Shown here: positions 40,881 to 61,099 of the stretch, piece by piece | How positions within the stretch are numbered: position 1 is the stretch's first letter | Layout of the letters: every line of letters starts with the position of its first letter | Program-made: the position numbers and the translations under genes | The notes under the pieces: generated by a model | Seen by the model: the letters and a program-made list of their open reading frames with translations, nothing else | The model's database searches: none | What the model was told of the DNA's origin: nothing | Origin: the human T2T-CHM13v2.0 reference genome, Homo sapiens | Assembly: GCF_009914755.1 (NCBI RefSeq) | Contig: NC_060948.1 | Strand: one strand, 5' to 3' | Length of the DNA: 64,000 nucleotides

Positions 40881-42266
40881 TCTAAAAAATAACACAAGAA
40901 TCATTTTATATTGGTGTGAGAGAAAGATGTGGGATAAATGCAGGGTGAAGAGAGAGCAAAAATCTATCAGTTAAATATATAAATATAATCTAGATAAAGA
41001 AAAATAGGAGAAAAATAATATATTACTGTTCATATAATTATGGTATGAAGAAAGCCTCTTCAAAACGTATCATAAGGGTACAACAAATTCCATTCAAAAA
41101 AGCTAAAATATTTACAAAATCAAAAAATGACACCTCAGAAAAATACATTATCTGTAAAATTTGTATCAGAAATACAATCCTTACAAATCCATTATGAAAT
41201 ATTAAATTTTAGCTTAGGCTATGCTCAATTTTAATAATCTTTAAGAATTTAATATTAAATAATAAAAGATATTTTCATATAGCTACAAAAAATGTAGATA
41301 TATTCTAATGCCCTCGTGGTGTCACAGGTAAGAAAATGCATATTCTCATACATGGCAGAGTAGTATTAATCTTCACCCTCAAGATCAATTGAGAAAAAAA
41401 ATACCATGAAGCTATGTACCTTAAAATGGAGCAAACACTGCAATTTCAACTTGAGAAAACATATCCAGTGAATTACACATCTGGTTATTAAAACTCAGAT
41501 GTTAGGTTTTTGAAGGTTGGTTAATAGATAATACAATTGAACCAATTTTTTAAAATACATGGATTTTTTTAAGTAAAAATTGACCCCTCATTCCTATTGA
41601 GTAAATCATTCATAAATACCATTTTCAGTGTCTCATCTTCCAGCAAAGAAACCACTGCTTCATATTTGTGAAGCAGTGGTTTTTAGATTTTCCTGAGTCA
41701 CAGACTCTTTTGAGAAACTGAAGTTATAGATTTCTTAAATGCAAAATGCTTTATGGCAGGCCAATGTGCAAATTACGTATATCAAAATGGCAAAGGAATA
41801 TATTTGTATAGATATTTCCATGTGTATACATAAATAACAAATATTATAAGATCAATCCTAAAATAATGAGTTACTTATTTCCTGTTGGAAGGTTTTCAAG
41901 ATTCCATCTTATTTTGATAATACATTTTATACAAAGTTCTGGCTCCCAAAATAAGAAACTCTATAGCATAATGAATGTAAACGAGTTCTGCAGAAAACCT
42001 GTTGAGTACAGAAAATCAACATTAATAAACTCAATTTGGTTTTAAATGCGTGTTATTTCAATGCAAAGTAATTAAGATTTTAAAATAAAATTTTCATATT
42101 ATTTCTATCTTTCTTATAATTTATCTTTAGTACTTACAAATAATTTTGCTCATTATCAGTAAGTTCATTTTCTGTACATAAAGTAAATAAAATTGAGAAA
42201 TTTTGATATCTTCAAACTTATTGTCTTTCAGTCCTACGGTTCCATCTTTATATTTTAAAACATTAC

Positions 42267-42443
42267 CCAGTTGTCCTTCACATGAGGGACACAACCCTCT
42301 TGTCCTCTACTACCTCCTCTTGCAGATCTCAGACTTCCTGAAGGGCTCCTGTTTCTCCAGGAAGGTGGTGATCTCCACCTACCATCACTTTGAAAAGATG
42401 TTTTCTTGACTTGTTCTACTTTTATTGCTTTTCCATCCAAAGA
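42267..42443 (-). pseudogene. RBMY: RBMY exon (RRM end and RGG linker), frameshifted
   Basis: [43 protein letters not shown]; acceptor AG>GG; 177 nt against an expected 178. Confidence 0.93.
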
Positions 42444-44831
42444 CCAAAAGTATTAACTGTCCTATCAATAACACTGTCACATTTAACCAAACACATTTTA
42501 CAAACATTTTTGCATCCACTATATTTCAGTTCTAGATGTTTTCTCCCAAAGCAAATATATTTTTTTTCTGAAATGATGATGTCTTTCACAGTGCCAAATT
42601 TGAGATGTTTACTGACCACATACCTTCCATTAAGGGATCAAACACAAATTCTGTTATTCAAATTCCTTGAAAAGTTTTCCAGTATTAAAAACATCATCTC
42701 AAAAAAAATTAGCCCATCACCCATCTATGGGATAATGTAGCACATCTCTTTTTTCCAATGTATGATCTACTTCATCTTTGTAGTCACATCACTTATTTAA
42801 TTGTTTCAGTGTCCCAAGGGTATATGTAATAATGTGTCATCTAATAAAAAGATTATTTATTCCAAGTGATTAGCCATATTATTCATTCTGAATTGTTTCT
42901 TGTTTGTTCTGCTAATACTTACATAAAATGTCCCAATATGATTTACAATTCTATATTTAGTCTAGTTCTGTTTCTGTAACTGTGATCCTTCCTTGGTCTC
43001 ATTCAGATTTTTTGCCTTACTCATTTATTATCTTGCCTTAGAAGAGTCCCTAATAAATGACTCTTAATATAGTACTTCATGTTATTTCTCAGAAATGCTT
43101 AAATGTTCTAATTAATTTCATAATAACTTTCTTCAGTTTAATCTTTTCTATAGGCTAAGGTAATTTTTGAAAAAAAATGTCAGCAAAAATTGTATTTAAA
43201 AATGGCATTGCTTTGTTTTTGGGGGAAGATCTTAAATCCTTTCCAAGACCTCTTGCAGTTACATAGGCAGTCGTTTCAACCTTGGGACTTCTTTTGTTAT
43301 TTCTGGGCCCAAAATATGTTCCCCAGATTTGCACATGACTGCTTCCTTCCCAGTATTCGGAAGTCAACCAAACTTTCTTAAACTGTTCATTCCCCCTGAA
43401 ACCTCTAAGTACTTCCTTTATTTCCATTCTTAACTTTTGTGTGCATATTACATTTATATTTGTTCTTACACAATAAGATATGTTAGATGAAGTAATTTAG
43501 AATTTCTACAGAAATCATCTGTTCTTGTGCTTGAAAACTTTGAGGAAAAAGAAATTATTACTATACATCAGTCAAAATTATTTCCATACCTAACACCAAA
43601 CCATGAGCAACTTTCAGTTTCTACCCAAATTTAAAATATGAAAGTATAAAGGTGAATAAAAATGTACTTTCTTCGATGAACCAGGAAGTGTGCTAGATGT
43701 ACCAGAAATAAAAGCAACTAGGAAAACTTAAATATGCACTAAAGACAATTATCAACAGATTAATACATGGTACAGTGAGGACAAAATACCCACAATATAA
43801 AATAAAGAAGAAAATGTAAAATCTAAGCTGTCTTTGAAGCATAAGTTGCTATTTGTGAGACATATGCCAGGAAGAATAACTCTTAAGAAGTCCGAAAAAG
43901 CATATTGGTGAAAGCATGAAGAGTAACGGGAACTAAAAAGAGACTGAGATGATGTTATAAAACAAAACAGCTCCAACGTACCCAGAATGCAATGATTTTG
44001 ATGGTAATACAAAGGAATTCAGTAGGTAATAGAATTATAAAAAGGTTTACAGCTGTAATAAACACACAATCCCTAGAATTTAAGATTCAGTAAGACAGAG
44101 ACAATTGGTTGGATCAAAATAAGTCCTCAAACACACTGGTAAAATGAGTCATTAGGTATTCATGTTACATAAATCACTCTGGTGACAGGATAAAAATGAT
44201 TTTAGGAGAAAAAGAGCAAGGATGGGGCAGAAATGCCAGTTAGTAGTTCTGTTACCCAACTTCAATGTACTCATATTATTTTCTACTTTCAAGTACTTAA
44301 CATTTCCTTAAATGTAAAGGTCTTGTTTAAATACACTTGCTTAAGAATGTACTTTCAGAAAATGAGAAAGAATCTTTCCTTCTTGTGAGTCGGTCTAGAT
44401 GTCTCTCTGTATAAGATTTCCATCTTGTAAGTCCGTCTACCTGTCTATCCATAGTTTGTCTATGCTATAGAAGTATTTCCATGAATTGGAAGTAATTCCA
44501 TTAATAGAATTTAATAAATGCTGATTTATTTATCTCACTTTTGTGAGGGTTCCTTCTAAGTTTTAAAGCTGCTTGAAAGCTTTGAAAATCTATTTATACT
44601 TGTATTTAAATACTAACATACAAATAAGATTACCATATATTGATTTATGTAACATTTATTCCAATATCCTTCCAACTACCGTTGCACTTAGATGACCAAA
44701 AGAAGAGGATGGCTAAAGCATTTCAGATCATATGACATTATGCTATCTTCAAAAGTTTAGTAATATGAAAAAGACCTTGAAATTCTGTTAAGTGAGGAAC
44801 AGTTAGGATATTATTAATAAGGGACTCTTAC

Positions 44832-44933
44832 GTTTCCCTTCATATCTTTGACAGCATTCTTAGCATCTGCAGGTTTTCAAAATAAGTACAAAGCATCTGA
44901 AGTTGCTGGTTTCCCAATCATTTATCAAAAGAA
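44832..44933 (-). pseudogene. RBMY: RBMY RRM exon (RNP1), frameshifted
   Basis: AG/GT intact; VLLINDWETSNFRCFVLI, then a 5-nt loss; PADAKNAVKDMKG continues in a shifted frame. Confidence 0.92.
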
Positions 44934-45225
44934 CTAAAATATATGAAAACATTTTACATTTATATAATGGACTCACCATAGTACTAACAAACCAAAAAAA
45001 TTGCATTTCACATCATTACTATGATTTTTAATACTAAGTCACCTCTGTATTCAGCCTATTTTATTCCAATTTGCTCCCTACCTCCACAACATATGTACTT
45101 TTGCTCAGTTTCCTTTCTCAGTAGTAGGTAACCTTTACCAAAGAACCTTCGCCTGCTGCCATAAGAATTTTCCCAGTATCGAAAAGAAACTTGAAAATAA
45201 CACTTTAAAACAAATATATATTTTA

Positions 45226-45501
<276 letters not shown>

Positions 45502-45821
45502 CTAGATAACAATAAATAAGCCAAAAGATAAAATTTTATTACATACTGTGTTGAAAACTCTAGGGAAATTCCCTTACGGAGGCTGACATCTTTCTACTAT
45601 TTCTTAATTTAAGTAGTTAAAATTTGTAACATGCAGAGCGAAAGGGGCAGTGACTTCATGGACAAATGCTGCATTTTAATACGTACCTGACAAAAACTTG
45701 TTTGTAAAAATGAGATGAGAAAAGCTATTGTAATTTTCTTAAGCTGTAATACGCAGAATGCCCCATTTAAATAATTCTATTTGAAAACTATATATTTATA
45801 CAGTACAATGTGATGTTTTGT

Positions 45822-46106
45822 GTTTTTTTTTTCTTGAGATGTCAATTTCCTATTGCCAATGTGCACTGCTCACTGCAGCCTCCTCTACCGAGCCTCAAGT
45901 GATCCTCCCACGTTTCAGCTTCCCAAATAGCTAGGACTACAGGAGATCACTATCACAGCTTGTAGGCATTTTTTTTGTGTGTTTCTTTAACAGACACGGT
46001 TTCCCCATGGTACCCAAGCTGGTCTCGAACTCCTGGGCTCAAGCGATCTTCTGGCCTGGTGCCACCAAGGTGATGAGACTTGAAGGGTGAATGTCCACGC
46101 CCAGCT
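45822..46106 (-). mobile_element. AluJ-like SINE
   Basis: CTCCTGGGCTCAAGCGATC motif; diverged dimer. Confidence 0.85.
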
Positions 46107-46215
46107 TGATATTTTAATAAATGATTAAATCAAGTTAAATAAAATACATGCTTTCTTCGGGGAGAATATTTTAAATTGTTTGCAATATTTTAGTGATTTG
46201 AAATATACAATAGAT

Positions 46216-46690
46216 CAGGGATCCCCAAACCCTGGTCTCCAACCGGTATCTGTCTGTGGCCTGTTAGGAACCTGGCTGCAGAACAGGTGGTGAACCTCTG
46301 GCACTGCCTGAGCCCCGCCTCCTGTCAGATCAGCGAAGACATTGGGTTCTCACAGGAGTAAGAGCCCTACTGTGAACTGCGCATACGAGGATCTAGGTGG
46401 CGCTCTCCCTAGAAGATTGTAATGCCTGAGTGTGACCTGAGGTGGAACAGTTTCATCCAGAATCCATCCTCCCTATTCCCCGCTGGCCTGCCCTGTCCCC
46501 CTCGCAGCCCCGCTGTCCCACCACTGCCCCCCGTCACACTGCTCTGGCCTGAAACCCCTTCCTACACTGTACTCCTCCTGGAACGGCCGCCCCCAACCTC
46601 CCCAAGGTGTCCACCTCACCACCTTCTCCCCCTGCTCTCCTCTTGTCTGTGGAAAAATGCCTTCCACTAAACCTGTCCCTGGTGCCAAAA
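46216..46690 (+). mobile_element. MER1B-like hAT-Charlie DNA transposon with internal C-rich expansion
   Basis: CAGGGATCCCCAAAC start; GTGGCCTGTTAGGAAC; CTGTGAACTGCGCAT; GTGGAAAAAT...GTCCCTGGTGCCAAAA end. Confidence 0.85.
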
Positions 46691-49150
46691 TGGCAATAAA
46701 TTAAAGGAGCTCATTATATTATGCAGGATGGTCTCCAACTCGTGATTCCAAGCCATCCTCACACCTCCTCTTCCCAAAATAGTAGGATTACAAGAGTAAG
46801 TCAGTGTGCCAAGTTAGTAGAATAACTTAAACGCATTTATTTTTTCTCCGTTTTAGGATATCACCATTTATCTCGATTACACCCACTTATTCGGTTTAAA
46901 TTACTTACGGTGCCAGAGATAAATGAAACATGTTTCAAATACTGTCATACAATGAAGGAGACAAAGGCTTTTCGGAGACAAATTTAAACTGAGATTATTT
47001 GTGGCCCCAGATTTCCTCATAACACTAAAGTAACGCAATTTGTCAAAAGTTCATAATTCCTCTCAAGCAAATCACAAATTTGACATGTGATGAGTAAAAG
47101 TACCAGTTTTTAATCAAATGGTTAAGTATATTGTCGATTTATTTGAATTATGACCACATTCACAGAGAAAAAACGCTTTAACAAAAAGTGCACATGAAAA
47201 AAATGGCGCCCTAGCTCCGTCTCCCACAGCTTGCTGGCATGTCGGAAATTTACGACGGTAAAGGGAAGAATCCTCAAGAAAAATCAGTGAGTTTAACAAA
47301 AGTGAGTTTCTTAATAGCACTAAGGAGTTCTCTCCCTACTGTTTCTTCCCATAATTCAACACCCACACATTGAAAACCCATCCTCCTGAATAGACAAAAT
47401 CCAAAAACTTCAGGGTCTTTGTATTCATGCCAAGAAACGAATCTGTGCAAAGAAACATAAAATAAAGCTGCTTTTTGGTAGCACAAACTGATATCCAACA
47501 CTTTCAGATATACAGTTGTACTCATAAACATAAGTCCACACCCAATAACAATTATAACATTTCTTAACATTTGCCAAAAAAAAAGCCTGAGAGAAATGGT
47601 CTTTACCACATTTCATCTATTTGCAGGAGATGACTTAGACATTAACTCTTTCTCCTGAGATAAAAACATGTCCACTCTGCTTAAATTTATGAATTTTTTA
47701 CCTCATTTTCCTGATTTTCTGAGAACACCCGTACGCGACCCCCTGTCACCAGGGGCTGAAGGAACAGTAGAGGCTAGAGGCATACCCAGCTAAAAAGCTT
47801 AGAAACTCGGATGTACCACCCGCCGCGAGAGCCGCAGAGGAAGCAGGGAAAGAGGAGCATAACATAAATCAAAGGAAGGGTGGCCCAAGAAACTTCTGTA
47901 TTTAAAAAAAATAAGGAAAGAAAATTAAAATGCCAAAATACGTTATACATTGTTTTCATTTTTTACTGTCTTCAACTGTGGTAGTCTGATCAACCTTAAA
48001 AGAAGTATTTTTATTATGAAATAGTCATCCATGTTTCATCCCCCTCTCAAATATTAGCAATAAGCTCACTCTACATGGTGTCTGCTTATTTTGTAAAATA
48101 ATGCATAAAGGGGAAAAATAATAATTAAATTTAAAGAAGTTTACAAGAAGCAAGCAATAATGAGTAAAATAACATTAAAAGAAAGCGAGAAAAATAAATC
48201 AATTAGGAATGTAAAGTTTCCAAATCTTAATCTTGTATCTTCTCTTTTTGGTTGTCATATATATTTGGAGACCTTATTTTATTTGCTTAGTAGATAAATG
48301 CAGTGATTTGACCCAAACTACCAAAATTAAAAATATATATATACACACATAGGCAATTTCTCTGTCCTCAATTTGTGTATAATAAATAGCATTCTTCATT
48401 AACAGAGCTCTAGTAAAATAAATATTTTATTTATGTTCCTGAAAAAAATATTTTATTAGCTGAACGACTGTATTTTCCATGGTAAAATTATTTCATTCTA
48501 TGAATTGTGTTGCAAAATAAAAGGTAACTTAAGAAAATACTTTTAAATATCTATGCAATGCAAACCAAACTTATTTTTCTGAGTTTGTCTATAAATTGTG
48601 CGTACCAGAATTTAAAAGAACATTTCTTTAAAAAGTGCTTACTTATAAGCCACATTTTAAGTGCTTTATATTAATTTAACAAATTAAAACCTATACATTG
48701 TATACTCACACTTATGAACTACTTAGTTCACAAAGTATACCATAACAATATAGAGCTGACTGTGTCTGCATAAATATTTTAATTTATCTTTTCAATATTT
48801 TCTTTTCTGATGAATAACCTAACAGTAAAAGCATGCTCTGAAGGTAAAGATATTCTTACATGTTTACGTATATTTTAGAAAAATGTTTCTTAAATTATGG
48901 CTACAAATCTATTGGCATTATTAGTTTCTTTCTTTTTTTATTACACTTTAAGTTTTAGGCTACATGTGCACAACGTGCACGTTTGTTACATATGTATACA
49001 TGTGCCATGTTGGTGTGCTGCACCCATTAACTCATCATTTACGTTAGGTGTATCTCCTAATGCTATCCCTCCCCCCTCCCCCAACCCTCCACCCCACAAC
49101 AGGCCCTGGTGTGTGATGTTCCCCTTCCTGTGTCCAAGTGTTCTCATTGT

Positions 49151-52999
<3,849 letters not shown>

Positions 53000-53662
53000 T
53001 ATGGTGTTAACTGATTATTTTGCTCATTAGATGATGCAGTTTCTTTGTAGCATTGATGGTCTTCACAATCTGGCATATTTTTGCAGTGGTAGGTCCCAAT
53101 TTTTCCTTACCATGTTGAGTGCTTCCTTCAGGAGCTCTTGTAGGGCAGGTCTAGTGCTGACAAAATCTCAAAGCATTTTCTTCTTTGTAAAGTATTTTAT
53201 TTCTCCTTCACTTATGAAACTTAGTTTAGCTGGATATGAAATTCTGGGTTGAAAATTCTTTCCTTTAAGAATGTTGAATATTGGCCCCCATTCTCTTCTG
53301 GCTTGTAGAGTTTCTGCTGAGAGGTCAGCTGTTAGTCTGATGGGCTTCCCCATGTGGGTAACCCGACCTTTCTCTCTGGTTGACCTTAACATTTTTTCCT
53401 TCATTTCAACTTTGGTGAATCTGACAATTATATATCTTGGAGTTGCTCTTCTCGAGGATTATCTTTGTGGCATTCTCTGTATTTCCTGAATTTGAATGTT
53501 GGCCTGCCTTGCTAGATTGGGGAAGTTCTCTGGGATAATATCCTGCAGAGTGTTGTCCAACTTGGTACCATTCTCCCCATCACTTTCAGGTACACCAATC
53601 AGACATAGATTTGGTCTTTTCACATAGTCCCATATTTCTTGGAGGCTTTGTTCATTTCTTTT

Positions 53663-56092
<2,430 letters not shown>

Positions 56093-58341
56093 TGATACCC
56101 TTTCTTCCATTTGATTGACTCGACTACTGAAGCTTGTGCATTCATCACGTAGTTCTTGTGCCATGGCTTTCAGCTCCATCAGTTCCTTTAAGGACTTCTG
56201 TGCCTTGGTTATTCTAGTTAGCCATTTGTCTAATCTTTTTTCAAGGTTTCTAACTCCTTTGCCATGGGTTTGAACTTCCTCCTTTAGCTCAGAGAAGTTT
56301 GATCATCTGAAGCCTTCTTCTCTCTACTTGTCATGTCATTCTCCATCCAGCTTTGTTCCATTGCTGGTGAGGTGTTGCATTCCTTTGGAGGAGGAGAGGC
56401 ACTCTGATTTTAGAATTTTCAGTTTTTCTGCTCTGCTTTTTCCCCATCTTTGTGGTTTTATCTACCTTTGGTCTTTGATGATGATAACGTACAGATGGGG
56501 TTTTGGTGTTGATGTCCTTTCTGTTTGTTAGTTTTCCTTCTAACAATCACCACCCTCAGCTGCAGGTTGGTGGAAGTTTGCGGAGGTCCACTCCAGACTC
56601 TGTGTGTGTGGGTATCAGCAGCGGAGACTGCAGAACAGTGGGTATTGGTGAACAGCAAATGTTGCTGCCTGATTGTTCCTCTGGAAGTTTTGTCTCAGAG
56701 GGGTACCTGACCACATGAGGGGTCAGTCTGCCCCTACTGGGGGGTGCCTCCCAGTTAGGCTACTCGAGGGTCAGGGACCCAGTTGCGGAGGCAGTCTGTC
56801 CGTTCTCAGATCTCAAGCTGCATTCTGGGAGAAGAACTACTGTCTTCCAAGCTGTCAGACAGGGACATTTAAGTCTGCAGGGGTTTCAGCTGCCTTTTGT
56901 TGGGCTATGCCCTGCCCCCAGAGGTGGAGTCTACAGAGGCAGGCAGGCCTCCTTGAACTGTGGTGGGCTCCATCCAGTTTGAGCTTCCCAGCCACTTTGT
57001 TTACCTGCTCAAGCCTCAGCAATGGTGGGAACCCCTTCCCCAGCCTCGCTGCTGCCTTGCAGTTTGATCTCAGACTGCTGTGCTAGCAATGAGTGAGGCT
57101 CCATTGGTGTAGGACCCTCTGAGCCAGGCACAGGTTATAATCTCCTGGTGTGCCATTTGCTAAGACCATTGGAAAAGTGCAGTATTAGGGTGGGAGTGAC
57201 CTTGTTTTCCAGGTGCCCTCTGTCACCCCTTTCCTTGGCTAGGAAAGGGAATTCCCTGACCCCTTGAGCTTCCTGGGTGAAGCAATGCCTCACCCTGCTT
57301 TGGCTCATGCTCAGTGCACTGCACCCACTGTCCTGCACCCACTCTCTGACAATCACCAGTGAGATGAACCTGGTACCTCAGTTGGAAATGCAGAAATCAT
57401 CCACGTTCTGCATCACTCACGCTGGGTGCTGTAGACCAGAGCTGCTCCTATTTGGCCATCTTGTAACCACCCCCTGTTAGTTTCTTTCTTACCAAAACCC
57501 ACTGTAGCATTTTCTTCTCATATTCTTTTTGTCACATTCTTAGCAGAAGAACATTGATTTGACTATGGCTCTCTCTACATTATTGTTACCCTTTTTCCAT
57601 TTTGAACAGATAATTGTTCCCTTTGTATTCATTGATATTTACTTGATGGAATGCATTTATTAATGTTATATGTAACTGAGTAGTATATACTTAATTGTTA
57701 ACTAATACAAATAATTAGTAAGTTAGCTAGTGAGACTACAGCACAGGAAAAATAGATATGTAAATTATACATTATGGTTGATGCCATAAGATGTATGAGA
57801 AAATGTCTCAGTATTTTTTTAAAAGAGGATACACATAATGTCATTTTCTAAATAATGATAAGGATCAACCTCTTTGATAAAATATCTACATATATTTTAC
57901 ACCAAGTTCATTTTTAGAAGTCCCATAACATTCGTATAATTTTTGTTAGGCCTAATTTGCAAAACAGGAAACTTAAGTTACAAGCCTTTAAAAGGTACAC
58001 AGTTTTAGGAATCTATTACTAAAAAAATTGATTTAAACCAACAAACCTTCCCTCTATAAATATTTTCTTCTTAAAGAAAACTGTCTCTTATAAAGACATT
58101 GTAAAAAACAAGATTGAAAATGATTTTTAATCTATTACATATACTTCCAAGAAACATTTTCTAGGCAGAGATAAAACATGTGGAGATGAATGGAGTCATT
58201 ATAATCCATGTGGTGGAAGGAAAAGCAAAAACACAAATACAGAATTATATTTACTGGGAGGATATGCAGAAACATGCAATGTTACAAGTAAAAATCTACT
58301 CGGTGGAATAACCTGCCTTTTTTTGTGATCAGTGAAATAGG

Positions 58342-58390
58342 ACTAAATACACAAAGATCAAGGAATGTCACTAAATACACAAAGATCAAG
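58342..58390. repeat. 21-bp direct repeat (28-bp period)
   Basis: ACTAAATACACAAAGATCAAG at 58342 and 58370. Confidence 0.9.
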
Positions 58391-58559
58391 TGGACACAGG
58401 GAGAGAGTGCAAGATCACGAAACATCTTGCTTGCCATGCAAATAGGCTACTTTTTTTAGGGCAGCGGTTAAAAATCATTTGACCAAAAGCTTGGTGTCTA
58501 CCAGATGGTATAATGCATGTGGTGATTTGTACAATATAAAGTTTGGCAAACCAAGAAAA

Positions 58560-58720
58560 ATCTAACCTTCACCACTTAATAGCTGTGTGAAGTTAGACTG
58601 CTTAATCTTTGAAATTTACCCAATCAGCAAAGAGAATATAATAACGGTATCTACTGGATATTAGTATCATAAGATTAAAATTTACTGAGCTCACTATGTG
58701 CAACATAGTTTAGGGCTAAA
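58560..58720 (+). mobile_element. MIR fragment
   Basis: CCACTTAATAGCTGTGTGA...ATAATAACGGTATCTAC. Confidence 0.55.
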
Positions 58721-58955
58721 AAATCTATAGAATTGTAATTACATTTATATTCAGTGAGACCTAGAGGTTTACTTGCAATCCTGCTTTCCTTAGTGACTGG
58801 TCAAAGCTACACAAAATATATTTAAAAAATTGTGTTGCTTCTGATGTTTCACATCAAGTAAAACACCCAATTGTTTAATTATATTATTATATACTTACAC
58901 TTAGACATGCCTAAACAAGGAAGACAAGGAAATGAAGAAACACACATGCATGAGT

Positions 58956-58958
58956 ACA

Positions 58959-59000
<42 letters not shown>
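58956..59000. repeat. (CA)n microsatellite
   Basis: Visible run. Confidence 0.95.
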
Positions 59001-59004
<4 letters not shown>

Positions 59005-59161
59005 AAGAATAACAAGAGAATAATTTAACAAGAGAAAGAAACATGAAAGAATTATAAGAAATCTTTGCACTATTATAGTGATGTGGAAAATAAGATGACA
59101 GATAATTTCAGAAAACACATGATTTATCAAGAATTGTTTGGAAAGAAAAACCCTATCTGTA

Positions 59162-59460
59162 GGCCCAGGTTGTTGGCTTAAGCCTGTAATTCCAGCACAT
59201 TGGGAGGCCAAGGGGAGCCAGATGACTTGAGGCCAGGTGTTCCAGGCCAGCCTGGGCAAAAAGGTGAAACTCTGTCTCTACCAAAAACACATACAATTAG
59301 CTGGGAGTAGTGGCATGAGACTGTGGTCCCCGCTACAGGTGGTGAGCTGGGAGAATCCTTTACACCCAGGAGGTGGAGTTTGTACTAAGCGAAGATCATG
59401 CCACTGCACTCTGGACTGGGTGATACAGCATGACCCAGTCTCAAAAACAAAACAAAACAA
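59162..59460 (+). mobile_element. Diverged Alu (J/S)
   Basis: Dimer with (AAAAC)n tail. Confidence 0.9.
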
Positions 59461-59554
59461 GTAAACACACTAAATACCAAACTCGTATATAATGAATCCT
59501 AGGGAATAAACCTGAAAAACCTGCTTAGGCATCACTATTTTGCTGACAAATTAT

Positions 59555-59812
59555 TCCTTCTTCATTTCCCTTTTTTCTTTTTCTTTTTTCCTTCCCTTCC
59601 CTTGTCTACTCTTTCTTTTCCTTTCTCCCTTCCTTCCTTCTTTTCTTCTTTTGTTTGCTCTTTTTTTTTTTTTTTTTTTTTTGAGACAGGGTCTCTGTCC
59701 CCGGGCTGTAGTGCAGTGGTTCCATCATAGCTCACTGCAGCCTCCCAATTCCAAGTCTCACGTATCCTTTTCCTTTGCCTCCCCAATAGTTAAGACTAAG
59801 GGAATGAGCATA
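59555..59812 (-). mobile_element. Alu monomer (J-like) with pyrimidine-rich expanded tail
   Basis: GAGACAGGGTCTC...ATCATAGCTCACTGCAGCCTC. Confidence 0.8.
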
Positions 59813-59869
59813 TGAAAGGATGATAACCATCATATATTATTGGGTAGTTGTGAATGTGATAATAAATTA

Positions 59870-60623
59870 AACATTAAATAGCAAAAATTCTAAAAACTGA
59901 TAACAGCAAATTTAGAAGAATGTCTGGTAGGCTTTGTTTTCTTTTAACAAAACTAAACACTCTCTCAATCTCATCCAGCGGTCTTGCTTCTTGGAATTTT
60001 TCCAACTAAACTAAAAACATGTTTACATCAAAATTTGCATATGGACATGTTGTATAGTAGTTAAGTGGATAAACTGTGGTTTATGGACTATTTATCTAAC
60101 ACTGTTCAGCACTGAAAAAAATGAGCTTTCAAGTCATGAAAAGACATGGAAGGAAATTAAATGTATATTTACAAGTGAAATAAGCAAATCAGAAAATGCT
60201 ACACATATTATTTCAAATATATGGCAATCTAGAAAAAAATTATTGAAGAAGTAAAAAGATTAGTGGTCACAATGATTTACAAGGGAGAGTACAATAAATA
60301 GGCACAACTCAGGTAATTATTAGAGTATACAATACTGAAACTATTCTACATAATACCATAATTTTGGATATATTTTATTACATGTTTGTCAAAACTCATA
60401 GAATGTGCAACAGTAAAAATGAGTCCTAATGTAAATTGCAGATATTGAATGATAAAGTGTTGATGTAGGTTTATGAATTGTAACAAACATACCAGTCTCA
60501 TTAGAGATATTGATAGTGGGGAAGGTTGTACATGTGGGCACAGGGTGTAAGGGAGCTTTCTTTACTTGCTTCTCAATTTTGTTATAAGGCTAAAACTACT
60601 CTACTAAGATTTATTGATTTAAA
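59870..60623 (+). mobile_element. L1MC-like 3' end
   Basis: CATGAAAAGACATGGAAGGAAATTAAATG; TTGTCAAAACTCATAGAATGT; CTAATGTAAA. Confidence 0.8.
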
Positions 60624-60987
60624 AGCCTCAGTAATTAAGATCTGTATTTCAGAGCAATCGTCATAAATAATTATTAATAAAAATTAAATGTTGGACAAAA
60701 TATTTTATGGAAAGATAAGATCAGTATCAATATGAATGCTATGCTAAGGAATACTGAAGCATTAAGCAAAATAAAGAATCAATAATGTGCCATCTTTAAA
60801 AATATTATAATACTTTTTTATGATTATGCATTATTTTGGATTATGAAAACATTGCATTAAAAAGTATTCTTAGTGTTGATTGTTGAATTTTTTGGTGACC
60901 TTTAACTTTTGCATTTAAAGTAATTGTATTCACTTCATCTGCTTAATTTGTAGTTTACTAAATCTTGGAATGGAATAGTAGACACAA

Positions 60988-61099
60988 TGCAGGAGAGGCA
61001 AGCCGCAAACAGAGCTAAGCCTCCTGGTTTCTTGGCTTTGTTCAGGAAAGAATTCAATGTCAAACCAGAAGTAGAAAAAAAAAATAGCTTAGCTGATGA
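60988..61099 (-). mobile_element. ERV1 LTR end fragment, target of the LTR12 insertion
   Basis: TTCTTGGCTTTGTTCAGGAAAGAATTCAA resembles the reverse 3' end of MER21/MER4-group LTRs. Confidence 0.5.
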
